From Tubulanus polymorphus (Eukaryota > Animalia > Nemertea): a stretch of DNA of 64,000 nucleotides. A program made the translations under genes and the position numbers. Positions 10,772 to 23,717 of this stretch are shown here, piece by piece. Where the stretch lies: contig NC_134026.1 in NCBI RefSeq assembly GCF_964204645.1, positions 19,502,150 to 19,566,149 of the forward strand. Direction: 5' to 3'. The first letter of the stretch is position 1. Each line of letters begins with the position of its first letter. The notes below the pieces were generated by a model. The model ran no database searches. It was not told where the DNA came from and saw only the letters and a list, made by a program, of their open reading frames with translations.

Positions 10772-10934
10772 CTAAAAGGATAATTTGATGATGTTTTGGT
10801 AACTCCTAATCTCTATCACGGAAAACATCGAATTCAGTCAAATGCAAGGATCAAAGATACTGTAAAGTTGTAAGTAGCGCTTAAGTCCTTTATCATAGGA
10901 GAGTTAAGAATGAAGATGAAAATATTTATCATAC

Positions 10935-10986
10935 CTTTGCTGAGAAGGAGGAAAATGATGAGCAATCGCATGGTTTCCCCTATCAT
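10935..10986 (-). CDS. Protein A first coding exon (signal peptide)
   Basis: ATG ATA GGG GAA ACC ATG CGA TTG CTC ATC ATT TTC CTC CTT CTC AGC AAA G|gtatga = MIGETMRLLIIFLLLSK, a hydrophobic core with a phase-1 donor. It is preceded by an acceptor (atttccag), and a candidate upstream UTR donor (ag|gtgagc) lies near 11176. Confidence 0.75.
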
Positions 10987-12182
10987 TCTGGAAATCAAAC
11001 ATAATTCAACGATCGTACAAAAAGAATGTCAATGCCATTAGCTTATCGGTGAAACCAAGTGATTCGATCAAATATATCCAGTATTTTAATCAATATTTTT
11101 TCTTTCGGAGATAGGTTTTATATTTCTCCGTCATTCATTTCCATCGCTTTGCGATGCAATCTTATCCGACGCTCACCTAATTCGATCCAGTAGTTCTCGT
11201 TAGTGCGGGAGTATATTTCCGAATGTTACGGATTTTATCGACGTGTCAATGATTTATGGTCTAAACGAGTGTGCGACGTCTGTGCACTGGAAGACCACAA
11301 GGCATGGCCACTACAGATATTAAACAGAACTGTCGGGTGATTTCAGAGCATAATGTTTTTAAAATGATACTTATCGTTTGTTACAATGTCTCATATTGCA
11401 TCGCAAGCATGACATTTTCCATCAATATCGAATAACCTATTCTTCAATCTGGATAAATGAGGCTATATAGGCAGTTAAATACACCTGTTCATCGTTTTGC
11501 GATCAGGGCAATAAATCGAGTATATACTTCGCGCATAAGACATTCGTCAAGAACATATGACACCGTATGTTTTTTTTGTTTTGCCTTCTTTGTATTTTAA
11601 GCTGTGGTTCAATCGGTCGGTCATGACGCTAATACAAAATTAAAAAAGCAAGGACGAATCCAATTCAATGAGCCAGATTCGGTATGAAATCCGGGCAGCT
11701 TGCTGTCTGCGAATGATATACGAGTCGGAAGAAATATAGAATCGGGTAATATATAAGATAAGCGTACCTACATGTACACGTTTATATTTTCGCGTGAAAG
11801 AGTAAATGAAAGAGTAACTTTTTGCCCAAACAAATATCGGGCCCTGAGAGTAGTTGCGCAGAAATCGTTTGAAGACGAGAGCAATTTCACAACTTCTAGT
11901 TCACAACTTCTTTCACAACTTTGTCCGTTTGAACCCCAATTCAATAAACATCAAAATTCAATAAACGACACTACAATCTGCCCGATTTCCGATTTATTTG
12001 TTTATTTTTCCTATGCTGAATTATACAACGAAATATCATCATATGAGTTGGGTAATTTCGAAAAGTTATTTAGTCTTCTACCATTTTCATTAAACCTGTA
12101 AGTAAAGTATCCGATACATTTTACAAAGCTCGACAAGTTCTCTCATTGTTACTGAACTTATCAATCTGCTTACAATATTGAA

Positions 12183-14407
12183 TTAAGTAGATTCTTCTTC
12201 ATCTTCGTGATTCTCCACATCACTGTCATGCTCTCCCTCCCCTCCATTTCCATCGTCGTGATCGTCATCGATTTCACTTCTTCCAACACCATAGCTAGAT
12301 ATCGAAGTGGGGGCACCGCTACCAGTACTGTAGCCGTTTGGGCTGAACCCTTGCTGGCCATTGATGACATTTGGTTGTCGTTGATACGCATCAGGATTTA
12401 TATATTCGGGTGCTATTTGATACTGCTGTTCAGATTGTGTGTACTGGTTGGGAATTGGTGGAGCAAGTTCCGGGTAAGTGTTGTGGCCGAACTCATTCGG
12501 AAAATGAGCATGATATTGAGGTGAAGGCATCTCATTACCCCAGGGTATATGTCTCGGCAAGTTTTGTTGGGCGTGTGGCATGTTTCCAGATTGGTGATTA
12601 GAATTAGGAGCGCTTGACTGCACTATTGCGTCACGGTAATCAGAATTTCGCAATGGCTGTCCATCGTTATATTGTGTTGGAACAACACTATTTGGAGCCA
12701 TCCTATGTGGGTTTTGGTACTGATCAGTGTGCTGTGAAGGCATCCCAGGTGGACCAAACTGGACGTGCTCGTCTGCTGGTGGATGAGCAATCATGTAACT
12801 ATTTGGGATTTGCTGTTGCTCTTGTTGATTCTGGAACTCAGGTGGCATCGGTAAACTGCCTGGTGGGTTTTGGAATTGGTGGGATATTGCCTGTTGTGTT
12901 AACGGAAGATTGTGGTACTGGGGGCTACTAAGTTGTTGTGCTTGGGGATTTCTAACTTGTGGAATAGGTTGTTGTATCGAATGTCCTTGAAACTGAGAAG
13001 GAATAGTTTGTTGTATTGGGGAGTTTGGAGGCATCCGTTGCGGAATTATGTCTGGTGTCATATAATTCGGAATTGCTTCTTGTGCCTGATGTATTGGAGG
13101 CTGTTGAGGTATGTGCTGTTGTGCCTGGTAATTCTGGAGTTGGGAAAACATTGCTTGCTGTGTTTGTGTTGGGTGCGGAAGTTGTTGTGGAATAATTTCT
13201 TGGGAATTTTGAAATCGAGGACTACCCCCATACGTTTGTTGATTATGTAACACTTGCGGTGAATGTTGTATATCGCGATTCTGAAATTGTGAAATATGTT
13301 GGTGTCCTTGTGGATGGAGGCCAGGACTGTGCGGTTGTATTTGGGTATTCTGGAATTGTTGGGGAACTTGTTGTCTTGGTGGAAGATTTTGGTTATGTAA
13401 ACCTGCATTGTTAGGTAATTGCGGATTCTGAATTTGTTGAGGAATTATGTGCTCTTGTTGGAAATTTATTGTTTGTGGTCCGATATTATTATCAGGATGT
13501 TGCATGTAGGAATGTGGGTTAATGTTAGGTTGTTGAAATTGAGCATTCTTAATTTGTTGAGCAGTGTTTGGTTGTTGAAAAATTTGTGGACCATTATTGA
13601 AGTCTGGGTGCTGTGCATATTTGGGAATCGTTGGCTGATGTTGTGCTTGTTGTTGGCCGTTATTTTGTAATGGGTGACCAATGAATTGGTATGCTTGTGG
13701 ATTCTGAAATTGTGGTGGATGAAACTCTTGATAATTCCGGCCTATCGGACTTGCATTTTCAGGCTCAGGGCTAAGTCCTTGTGTCGGAACGTTTAGAAAA
13801 CTAGGTAGTGGTTGGGCCGGAAGTGGGTCTTTTTCTTCAGATTGACTTATCTTTGGTTGCGTTTTCGTACCCGGAGAAGTTACTGAATTCTCAGGCGTTT
13901 TTGGGATCGACTTTACAGTTTTTGGTTTTGCCATCAAACTTTTAGATATTGTTATCAGGGAATCGTCAGTGGGGCCTTTTGGTATCTGCGATGATTTCGG
14001 AAGAGTCTTTTTTGCAAACGGAGTTACCTTTTTCTTTTGTGACTCATTGCTATTGTCGGGGACCGAATTGGACATCTGACTTTTCTTTGGTGTTTTCTTA
14101 ACAGTCGTAGTTTGCGGCCTCAATGACGCCGGACGAAATAATTTCGTTCTCTGTCTGGGTATTCTTGCTGATTGACGAAGTCCCATTGGCATAGAACCTA
14201 CAGGCGGGGTCGATCCGATTGGCATGCCTGGTCTAACTCTAATGTTCGCTCTAGGTGACAATGGCTTTCTGATCCGCCTAGGCATCCTTTGGGCTTTTTT
14301 TGGTTTTATGCCATGTATAGATAAACCCTGGTTTCGCCATCGGTGATCTGCCTTTTCTTCGACTGTTGAGTCAGGATCATTGGAAGTTTTGGAATCCGCT
14401 GATGAAA
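12183..14407 (-). CDS. Secreted low-complexity protein B, large terminal exon (Arg-rich, Lys/Pro/Ser/Thr-rich, Gln/Pro/Asn/His-rich, Asp/Glu-rich tail)
   Basis: 2.2-kb stop-free frame. Acceptor tattttctccacag| gives an exon start at 14407, in phase with the upstream signal-peptide exon; AATAAA on the minus strand at 11993-11998 and 12001-12006. The spliced product is 759 aa. Confidence 0.88.
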
Positions 14408-14523
14408 CTGTGGAGAAAATAACTGAATTGATCGATCGATGATTATTAATTTTTGTACACTTTAACACTATACTGTATACTTAATAAAACAAAAACACCC
14501 CTGAAAAACATATCGAGCATTAC

Positions 14524-14578
14524 CTTTGAAAATAAAGAAGATTGATACGACGAGGACGCTTAAAGCTCTTAGCTTCAT
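14524..14578 (-). CDS. Protein B first coding exon (signal peptide)
   Basis: ATG AAG CTA AGA GCT TTA AGC GTC CTC GTC GTA TCA ATC TTC TTT ATT TTC AAA G|gtaatg = MKLRALSVLVVSIFFIFK, continuing VSS-ADS, a typical basic-n / hydrophobic-h / small-residue-c signal peptide. Confidence 0.82.
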
Positions 14579-16109
14579 TTCAAGGTTGAATCGATTCTAT
14601 CTAGGCCGTATTACTGAGGTTCCACATCCGCCGTGTACCTATCAAGATAAATTATAAATATGTTCCGATACCGGTACGATTCTATGTTGGACAATATGGT
14701 ATCAGATGACCAGCCGAAGATCGATTAAATGGTAATTTTCAATCCATTTTAAACGACAGTTTGTTTTTTCAACATGGAACAAGGATCGTAAATAAATGAG
14801 GGTTTGCGCTTTCACTGGTGTTCATAATCTAAGATCTAGACCAGAAAAAAACAATTTTAATTATCTAAATCAGCATTTCTCTAATTTTGACTTACCTTAC
14901 TCAAAGTTATTCCCGATACGCTATATTGCTCTGGCAACTAGCGAGTGAACTGTCATTCTGCTTTCAGACAAAAAAAAAGTATATGTCTCGCTGCCATTAA
15001 TAGCACACCTTGCCGAAAGACGATTTAAGACGAATAATCATATGTTTAAAAAGATTTTTCTTGCAATAATCCAGTCACCAAGTAACACGAGCTGGTGTTT
15101 GAGAGAGCAGTAATAGATACAAAAATCAAGTACGATGACGTCACTATGACGGAGCACAACTTTTTAAAAGATGCAACGTTGGTAATAATTCCATGCATGT
15201 GTAATGAATAAATTAGATGGAGGAGGTCTATGAAGTTGGGAGAGCATCTTATTAGATTGCGACAAAATAATGCTACCCTGGTAATGACCATAATCTTAAG
15301 TTGCTATAAACTCATTACGAATAAATATCAGCTCCGTGATCCGTGTTTCGGACTAGAAATTGGGATGTACTTTTTGTTTGCTGTGATTATCACGGTCCTT
15401 GTAATCCACTGTCGTTTCATTCCCGAATCACTGGAGCAAAACTAGCAACAAGCCAGTCCATCAATCATGCGTATGAGCGATAGCCAATATTATCCACTCA
15501 AAAAAACCAACATACGATGTATTGGCCGTGCAGGCAAAGATTCCAAGAGAAATTGGCGAGTTGTATTTACCCTCTATTTTATTATCAGAAATAAAAATAC
15601 TTCCAAATTATTATTTCGTTCACTACTGGCATACAGTGAGTGATATTGACTACTGAAGCGAACTATACTAATACATGTTATACAATGTGTAATTAGTCGT
15701 AGAAAAATGATTACCCCGATTAACTTTTGAAATTATCCGTAATTTGAGGCCATTGGTTACACCTGCGTCTCGTATTGGTGCCATGGGTTCTCGGAATTGA
15801 TTCGCGTTTGTCGATAATCGTTTGTCTCAAAGACCATTAAAGACAGCAATAATGTTTGTAACACAACGCCCGGCTTGTTGCTACGATTTTTCAGTCGTGG
15901 TATGAGAATAAGCTGCGCAATTCCAGTACACAAACATGTTGTAACACCTGATATAAATGTCCCCGTCGACTGTAATGTCTTCATGTCTGTCAAGTAAAAG
16001 TAGTTACGTAACCGCTTCAGACTATAGCCGCGATCACACACGAACTTTTGGCCCGATTCAAATTAGGCCCCGTGCCTGTTTTCTGAGGGAATACTTTTCC
16101 GTCAAACAG

Positions 16110-16248
16110 GGCGAACTTCGGTTTTCGGAGTTCGTCGACGATGTGCGAACTAAGTGAAATCGAATGTCTGAATAGTCCGGATATAGTCGACCACTGGATT
16201 GAGTACGGTCGTTATTGTTATGACCGACACTATTCGCCCCAGTTCGCC
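16110..16248. mobile_element. Internally deleted copy of the GGCGAACTTCGG MITE family, inverted relative to the other copies
   Basis: Begins ggcgaacttcggttttcggagttcgtcgac...gcgaactaagtgaaa, the reverse complement of the right end of the 39768-40002 copy; ends agttcgcc. Confidence 0.65.
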
Positions 16249-19200
16249 CGAGTGTATAGCCTTCATATTTTCATGGACGGCGATTTTGGCCATTGCTTCG
16301 TCAAAGAAGGCTCGACTGATGGCCATATTGGACTCTGGGAATAATCTTACCTAACAAGGATGGCCACCAAGGCCACATTTGTGTGTAGAATAGACATTCG
16401 GGTCCTTGTTTCTGCTCTAAAGTCTGATCTGTTTTGACTGATCTTATAACCTTGTATTTGGAATGTTTAGGAGTGCTATTTTCTACTTATTTAAGTCGTC
16501 ATCGAGAATGGCTGTCGAGGCCACACATTTTCATCGGCTTAGGGGTATTGCTAGGATGCCTCTAGTTAGGGTTTTCTGACTTTCGTCGAAAACCCTCTTG
16601 AAATTCTGTTGATTATTATTATTATTATATATTTTCCGCCGATTTCGTCAAATAAAATTCATCTTCATTCAGATTCGGCAACTGACAGCTTCGAAACGAA
16701 ATGTATAAATTGATACTGTAATAACGGTCTCTCTGAACCAACAGATTGTCTGAATGTACTTTCCATCCTATTTGAAACTTAAAATTACTTATTAGGTTAC
16801 TGTAAATAAAGAATTGAATTGAATTGTTAGACAACAAGCACCGGCGAAATAACAGTTTGTGACGTCATTTAGTAAGTAAATAAAGGAGGACTCCGAGAAT
16901 TTCCAAATCACGGGGGACTATACTGGGGTTAGACCATTCAACCAAAAAGACGATTGCTCCGATAATATCCAAATCATCTCATTTTATTTTTTCCATCGAA
17001 TACCCGGTAATTAATTTTTCCTTTCGATCACATGCATCCAGAAAACCCGTTATCGCTGCTTTGCAGCTTTATTTTCTCTTGTTTCTGGCAAAAGACGTCG
17101 ATTTATTTTTCGATTCGTCGATTTATCTAAGGGTTACTGACAGGACTTTTTCCCGTTGGCCGAACCATAGCAACTTTTTTCTTTTCACTAAAAGCCTGTT
17201 CAAAGGTCCAGCAAGGTGTCTTGTGTGTCTTATTTTGACTTCAATGTTTTGGTATACGTACGAGTACCAACTTGATATATTTCCACGCCGGCATCAATAT
17301 TTTCAATCTTGCACGCACTAGTAACATGCATATGTCAAGACCGTCACCTTTCTAATCACAACACTTGCACTTGCTCCTGCACCTGGGGTAATTCATCGCC
17401 AATTATAACGCACCGCGTTTCATTCCCATCATGAGGCCGAATTATCGAAGCATGCCGTTCATTAATTGGAGATAAAAATGTTAGCATTTTTCAAACGCGA
17501 TGAAGTAGTTGACTGCAACCACCACCCCATGATAATAAGTGACTTGTCAATTTTTTTTCTCATTCGATTTATGGAAAACTGCACATGTATTATTGTGTAA
17601 TTGGCCATCGCAGCGGGTGCAAATCTCGCGAATAGCCAGCCATTGTACGAATACAGTCAATTTCCCGATTAATGTGTTGGCTCCCCTGCTGTAGCCCCGG
17701 ACCGTTTCAATAATGGATGCAGCTTCATATCAGAATTGGGCTGAAGTAATTGATAATGCGATGCTCGATAGTATAATTGACGTCACACACCATCTACGAA
17801 ACGTTTCGTTTGCGACTAAGTGGACGTAAGGACATCGGGAGTCGTTATTTTTAATACCGGATAGATTCAATTGTGACAACGCAAATCGGTAAGCTTATTG
17901 ATGGATGGTGCCATTTTTGCAAATCTATTAAAGGGCATTAGAAATTTAGTAGAACAGCCTATCGGTTATGACATGTGCCTGATATTTTTCGATGCATTTC
18001 AATCGATAGCGTTGGGAAATTTTCTAATGGTAGAGTGTTATCTAGATTAATCCGAGGATTGTGGTTTAGTTTTACGGTGCGATATTTTACGGCAATATAA
18101 ATCTTGTATTCGATTTACAAAATGCCTTACATGAAACTAAATTGAATAACTGATGCTATGGCGCATAATTCTATTCAATGTTTTACGAAACATGTTCTTT
18201 GAATGTAAAATAATCGGTATGTAAATAAAAGATCAGCTGATATGCTATATGGAACAAACTCGAAAGAACCGATACGTAAACATCGTTTGATGTGGCGGAC
18301 AAAAAGACCAATTGATGGAGTGCCGTTTCGTCATATCAGCCGAGATTTTGGACTTTGTACACGTCTACTGTGATTGAACGTGAGGTTTAATTACGTTGTT
18401 ACATATTTCTATTGTTAAGAGTACGTTTACAATTAAATCCTGGTCCGATCTACTTGCACGCGAAGACTTTGAAGTTTCAACGAATTAGATATCCTATAGT
18501 TTTTAGTTTTACTTTTTTTCCAATCGTCATCAAAACGTCGGAAAAGTATTTAAAGTAAGCTTTCGAATTTGTGTAATTTTCTAATCCATTAGAATTAATT
18601 TTTTTGTGAAAGGAAACACTATAGTACATCGTCGTGGTCACAAGAAATTTGTACTAATGACTGGGACATCTTTCGTTATGGGATACCTCAAAATCTTCGT
18701 TATACCGCGAGTTTCATGACGAACTAACCCTGTAAGAGCTGTATAAAAACACACACACAATGCGTCCTACGATTCCTATGTGACAATATAGGATGAATAT
18801 CCAACTGAACCACACAACGGCAGCCGAACGTTCGGACAAAACCTCCTATAAATTATTTTTGCGAGCCAGTCTCGCAACGATCGGTCAATATTATCTGGTA
18901 GAGTAATTCGAGTCGGTTTATCCATCATGGTTTATCGCTATGTATGTCACTGAACGGCCTGTGAGATTCCTAATCAAGATTCGCTTGGCGACCCTCGCGC
19001 TAGCTATGCTCAAGTCATGTGCAATAATAAGTTCGTTTCGTTTGGAAAAGTCATCCGTCAGTTCTTTCAATGTTACGATTTAGGCAAATCGTTCAAAAGC
19101 ACAGAGATTACAAGATAAGACTAACTGGCGCATAGGTTAGTAAGAGATGATACGTTGGCTGCTGGCGTAGCAATTTGCAACGCAAAGTAGGCCGCCTACC

Positions 19201-19677
19201 CTCGTAGACATTGAAATCATCCGGATCGCTCCTACTCGAAACGGGATAGAATGGTCGGGGAACCTTAGGTATTAATTAACCTCCGTTAATCGAACCGTAT
19301 AGTGGTGTCTATATTTGGCTTGTTATCCAAGATAAAAAATAGACAATGATGAATTTATAAAACACTTATTTCACAGAAAACCAATTCTGCAGATATGTTC
19401 AAAACACGACACCATCATATTTTATACTTATTTATCCGATATTAATTCTCAATGAGGAATTTGGTGTTAAAATCGGTATCAAAGGGTTGCGAAAAAAAGA
19501 TTTCGTGCTAGTCGTGCGACGAGATTGTCAACTCGAAACGGTTGCAAAACGGTAGTGAAGATTATTGAATTGAAATTTGTCTCGTCTGAAACGGTTATAG
19601 GAGTCACCGGGAGTGATGCCTGGCGCGCCAGAAAAACACTTATACAGATCATTACTTGTCATTATATCGCTTGGATT

Positions 19678-19940
19678 TTTTACGACATAAAAACCGTAAC
19701 AATAGGTGTTTGTATACATTGATACCTATTTAGCGTTATTTAAGGGGTTCTGTGTGAGTCGATGTGCACATACGTTATTAATATTGGCGTTTCAAAATAA
19801 CAATTACGATTGGCGAATTTTGTCATCAATTTTGAAATAAGATGTATTTCAAAAGTTTTATTTTATTTTCATACATTTTGATAATTATTTTTTGAGAGGA
19901 TGAGCATACGTCATCAATGTATCCGGGCTATACTGGTTTT
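19678..19940 (-). repeat. Dispersed ~400-bp repeat family, partial copy
   Basis: Shares aaaaaccgtaacaata, tgtgagtcgatgtg and ttttgagaggatg...ccgggcta with the copy at 59139-59578. Confidence 0.7.
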
Positions 19941-20601
19941 TTTCAACAATTTCCTAAAATTCTAAGGCTCTACCATAATAAACGTCGTGGTGTTGTGCAG
20001 AAATATAGAAACTCGAAGAACGTGATATATGTAGAGATCAACAAATAGAATTCAACAAGAGTAGTCATGTTTTTGTGGGGAAACTAGTAACGAATGTCAG
20101 ACAACCCAGTAACCGGTAACCTCCATACGCATGTTGCAGTCCATGAGCTTGCCTTGGACAAATTGAAACGACGAAATATAGATGTCAATAATGTTTAAAA
20201 TTTTCACTTAAATTGTTGGTTTCGCATATCTACTTCCTTGTGGAAATGAACTAGACTTAAATTAAACGTGTATATTGAATTTCCACACGCTCGGGATGTG
20301 TCCCTTACAACCATCAGTTTCAGTTTCAGTTTAGTTTATTGCTCCATATAAAATGAATACAATGAGCACAGATAGTATATTCAAAATCACAATTACATTG
20401 GCAAGATATTAACATTTATTTTGCGACCAGTTTCGATTGGGAGCTTATGGTTTGAGCATCTAAATTTACAGATGGGAATGAAATCTTAATTTACAGATGG
20501 GAATGAAATTTTGTGCAGATAAAAAAGAAAAATACTCTTCTTGGCCCCAATCACGGACTAATGAGATAGGTGAATGTGTTCGTACTGATTTTATAACTCG
20601 C

Positions 20602-20726
20602 GGCAGAGGCAGAGGCAGAGGCAGAGGCAGAGGCAGAGGCAGAGGCAGCAGAGGCAGCAGAGGCAGAGGCAGAGGCAGAGGCAGAGGCAGAGGCAGAGGC
20701 AGAGGCAGAGGCAGAGGCAGAGGCAG
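20602..20726 (+). repeat. (GGCAGA)n hexanucleotide microsatellite, about 20 units with two GCA interruptions
   Basis: Directly visible. Confidence 0.98.
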
Positions 20727-22149
20727 GGATTTTTATACATTCTAAATAATCTGAGCAGATGCCCCGAGTTTTACGGTCATTTACTCGGTCGTGGGACGAA
20801 TGCGAATAATCGTCCGCGACCGAAATGAAAAAAAAGATATCCACTAGTCAGTAACAACACGGTTCGATAATTTCTATCGGGATTGATTGCTCCCTTTTGA
20901 CCATGCATGCGAAAATGATGGCTCTGTCGTCTTCTGTTGAGCTGCCATTTCATCGGTTTTTGCGGGGCGTTTTATGGTCAGAAAGCGAGTCCTCTGCATG
21001 CCGTACATTTTTATATTTCCATAAATGATTCACAACACGATATTCTGATATTGAACACGGCAAACACAATCAGATAACACATGTACTGAAATGGGGTTTT
21101 CCTTTCGTTGCTAAATGTTTTACACGCGAAAGTAAATGGGCTACGTGCTTTGTCCACGAATATACGAGTTTCCAGCCTCTGTCTAGAGTAAATGTATTGT
21201 TGATTTTATGTCAAGTCTATCAAAAAACAACTTCTTCACTACAATATTGTATTGTACTGTCAATTCCGCGTGTTAGTGTTGGCAGTGTCTATACGACCCC
21301 GAAAACAAGTCCGAGTCTCGGAGAATTAGCGGGAGTCGAATTCGTAGTCGTCATGTAAGTGATCTGTATTTAGAAAGCAATCAGGAGTATCTAAGACTTC
21401 CTTAGACGCATCGTATATTAGCAAAAAGCGGTCATCATGGTCAGGAATATACAAATATACGTCATGTTGCGCGATTATTTTGACCTCAGATGGCCAGGTT
21501 ATCTTGAGAATAAAATAACTATTATTAGTGAAAATTTGAGCTTCGAGGTATTCCAGGTTAGCGAATTTTGGAGACTTAGAGCCTGGACTACTATAGCATT
21601 GTTGAACATTACAGTTTGAGATTGTTAGAAACATAACTGCAGTAACAGTTTCGAGAATTACGTGAAAGTAAATAATAAATCATTTTTGTTTCCTAAAAAT
21701 AAATCGGAAGCCCCTACCCTAGCGCACATCTTGCTTCTACTTTGATAGTGCAATCAGGACAGTGGACTCTAAAACGAATTTTTTTCTGCAAGGTGAAACT
21801 ATATCGTTAAGGAGTATCGAGTACAAAGGGTATATTTTTATTGGTGAAACTGACGGCAATCATTGTTGACTGCCGGTGCTCAAACGTGTGTATACGTTGG
21901 TTTTTTCTCCTCACGTAAAACGTGCGACGTAAGCCTGAGTACCAGTTAACTACCAATTAAATGTCGATACGGGCTCAACGGCGAGGTTTTGTTATTTTGT
22001 GCGTCTCGACGCTTTCCTTGTTTGCGAAGAGATACAGGTCTTGTTTGTACGTAATAGCAACGGCGACGGGAAGCGATTCAGTGTGCAATAGAGAAAGTGA
22101 ATTTTGCAGTTATAAGCGTGTAAAATAAACTATGAGGTGAAGTGGAAAT

Positions 22150-22500
22150 CAAGAAAACTTACTTGGATGTAGATTGGCGCCTTGAAATTTGCTTAATTTT
22201 GTCTAAAATGAATATCATGATATTAAGGATCAATGAAGTTATCTTGGATTGAAATAAATCGGTAATCGAATAGAATTGACCGGCAACCAGTCTATCCCCG
22301 ATATAGTGACGACGTAGTGCACATCCTCTCAAAAATGATTATCAAAGATGAAATAACAGTTATGAAATATATAAGTGAAATACATAATTCACAATTGTAA
22401 TTGTTATTTCACATCGACTCACACCGAATCCCTTAAATAACGCATACAACGTAGGTATCAATGTACATAATCATTATTGTAACGGTTTTTACGGCGTCAA
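22150..22500 (+). repeat. Dispersed ~400-bp repeat family copy
   Basis: caagaaaactt...gaattgaccggcaaccagtcta...ttattgtaacggtttttacggcgtcaa is shared with the copies at 23309, 57495 and 59139. Confidence 0.8.
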
Positions 22501-22543
22501 CAAAGATTTGACGTTTCCGTGTAACGATCATTATTGGCCTTTA

Positions 22544-23008
22544 AGCCTAGCGCACATCGACACTGCGATTGGAGACAACTAGTTGCCAGGCAGTTTTCGG
22601 CGCATGAGAGCAACTGGCTGGATACAATCAGTTGCTCGTATTTGTCGATGTGAGCGAGCTTACGACTGGTTAGCGTCCATCTATCTCCAGTTCCACCCAG
22701 TTGCTCATGTTCTACTTTTGAGCAACTAGTTGTACTCAGTTGCTCTCATATCCGTCGATGTGAGCGCTCCATAATCAACAACACATGGTTGTAACTGACT
22801 AAAACAAAGCTATTTGTCACGTGACTTGTGATGCCCTCAAGAATATTTGCTAAACCACATCTCAGTTGCTGTCGATGTGTGCGCTATGGACCTAGCGACA
22901 GGCATGAGCCACGCAGTTGCTGGTTTTTACTAAATTTTCGATGTGCGCGGGGTACTCGCTCACTAGCAACTAGTTGTCTCCAATCGCTTTGTCGATGTGC
23001 GCTAGGCT
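22544..23008. mobile_element. PIF/Harbinger-type MITE with ~44-bp TIRs and TTA TSD
   Basis: tta|AGCCTAGCGCACATCGACACTGCGATTGGAGACAACTAGTTGC ... GCAACTAGTTGTCTCCAATCGCTTTGTCGATGTGCGCTAGGCT|tta. Confidence 0.9.
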
Positions 23009-23308
23009 TTACGATTGACGTACTTGCTGTGTATTCATCATTTCCACGTCACACAGTATTTTCGTATACACATAGACCTATATCAAGACAATAAAGATAA
23101 TTCTTCGTTTACTTTGTCTGAGCAAACCGAGAACTCATTATTGCTTGTATGTCTCAAGCACCATTTTAATCGGTTTTCCTCCTCATCGAGAATTTTGTTA
23201 TTATCTCCGTGGATTGGCGCGGCACGACGTTCACAATAATGAAGCCAGGTAGCGGAATATTTCCATGATGTATCAAGGATATATCCTTTATCGTACAATC
23301 ATCTTTCA

Positions 23309-23717
23309 TAACAAGAAAACTAACTTGAAAGTTTATTGATGCCTTGAAAAATGACACATATATTGCTTTATATTGCAATGGATAACATAACATGAAGGAT
23401 CAATAAAGTTATTTTGGATTTGAACAATATCGATAACTGAATTGAATTGACCGGCAACAAGTCTAGCCCCAATATATTGATGGCTCCGTGATCATCCTGT
23501 CAAAAATAATTATCAAAATTTATCGGAAATAAAATAAGGGTTATGAAATATATTTAGTTACAAAATAAACGCCAAAATTCGAAATTGTGTAATTGTTATT
23601 CTGAAACGCTAATATTTATATGACGTCGTGCGTATCGACTCACACAGAACCCGGATAACGTATGCTAGGTGTCATTGTATATACACATTATTGTAACAGT
23701 TTTTTACGGTGTCAAAA
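23309..23717 (+). repeat. Dispersed ~400-bp repeat family copy
   Basis: taacaagaaaactaacttgaaagtttattga ... gaattgaccggcaac ... tttttacggtgtcaaaa. Confidence 0.8.

Noticed and set aside
20497-20844. RG-repeat and AS-repeat ORFs
   Set aside because: Translations of the (GGCAGA)n microsatellite with no codon variation or exon structure.
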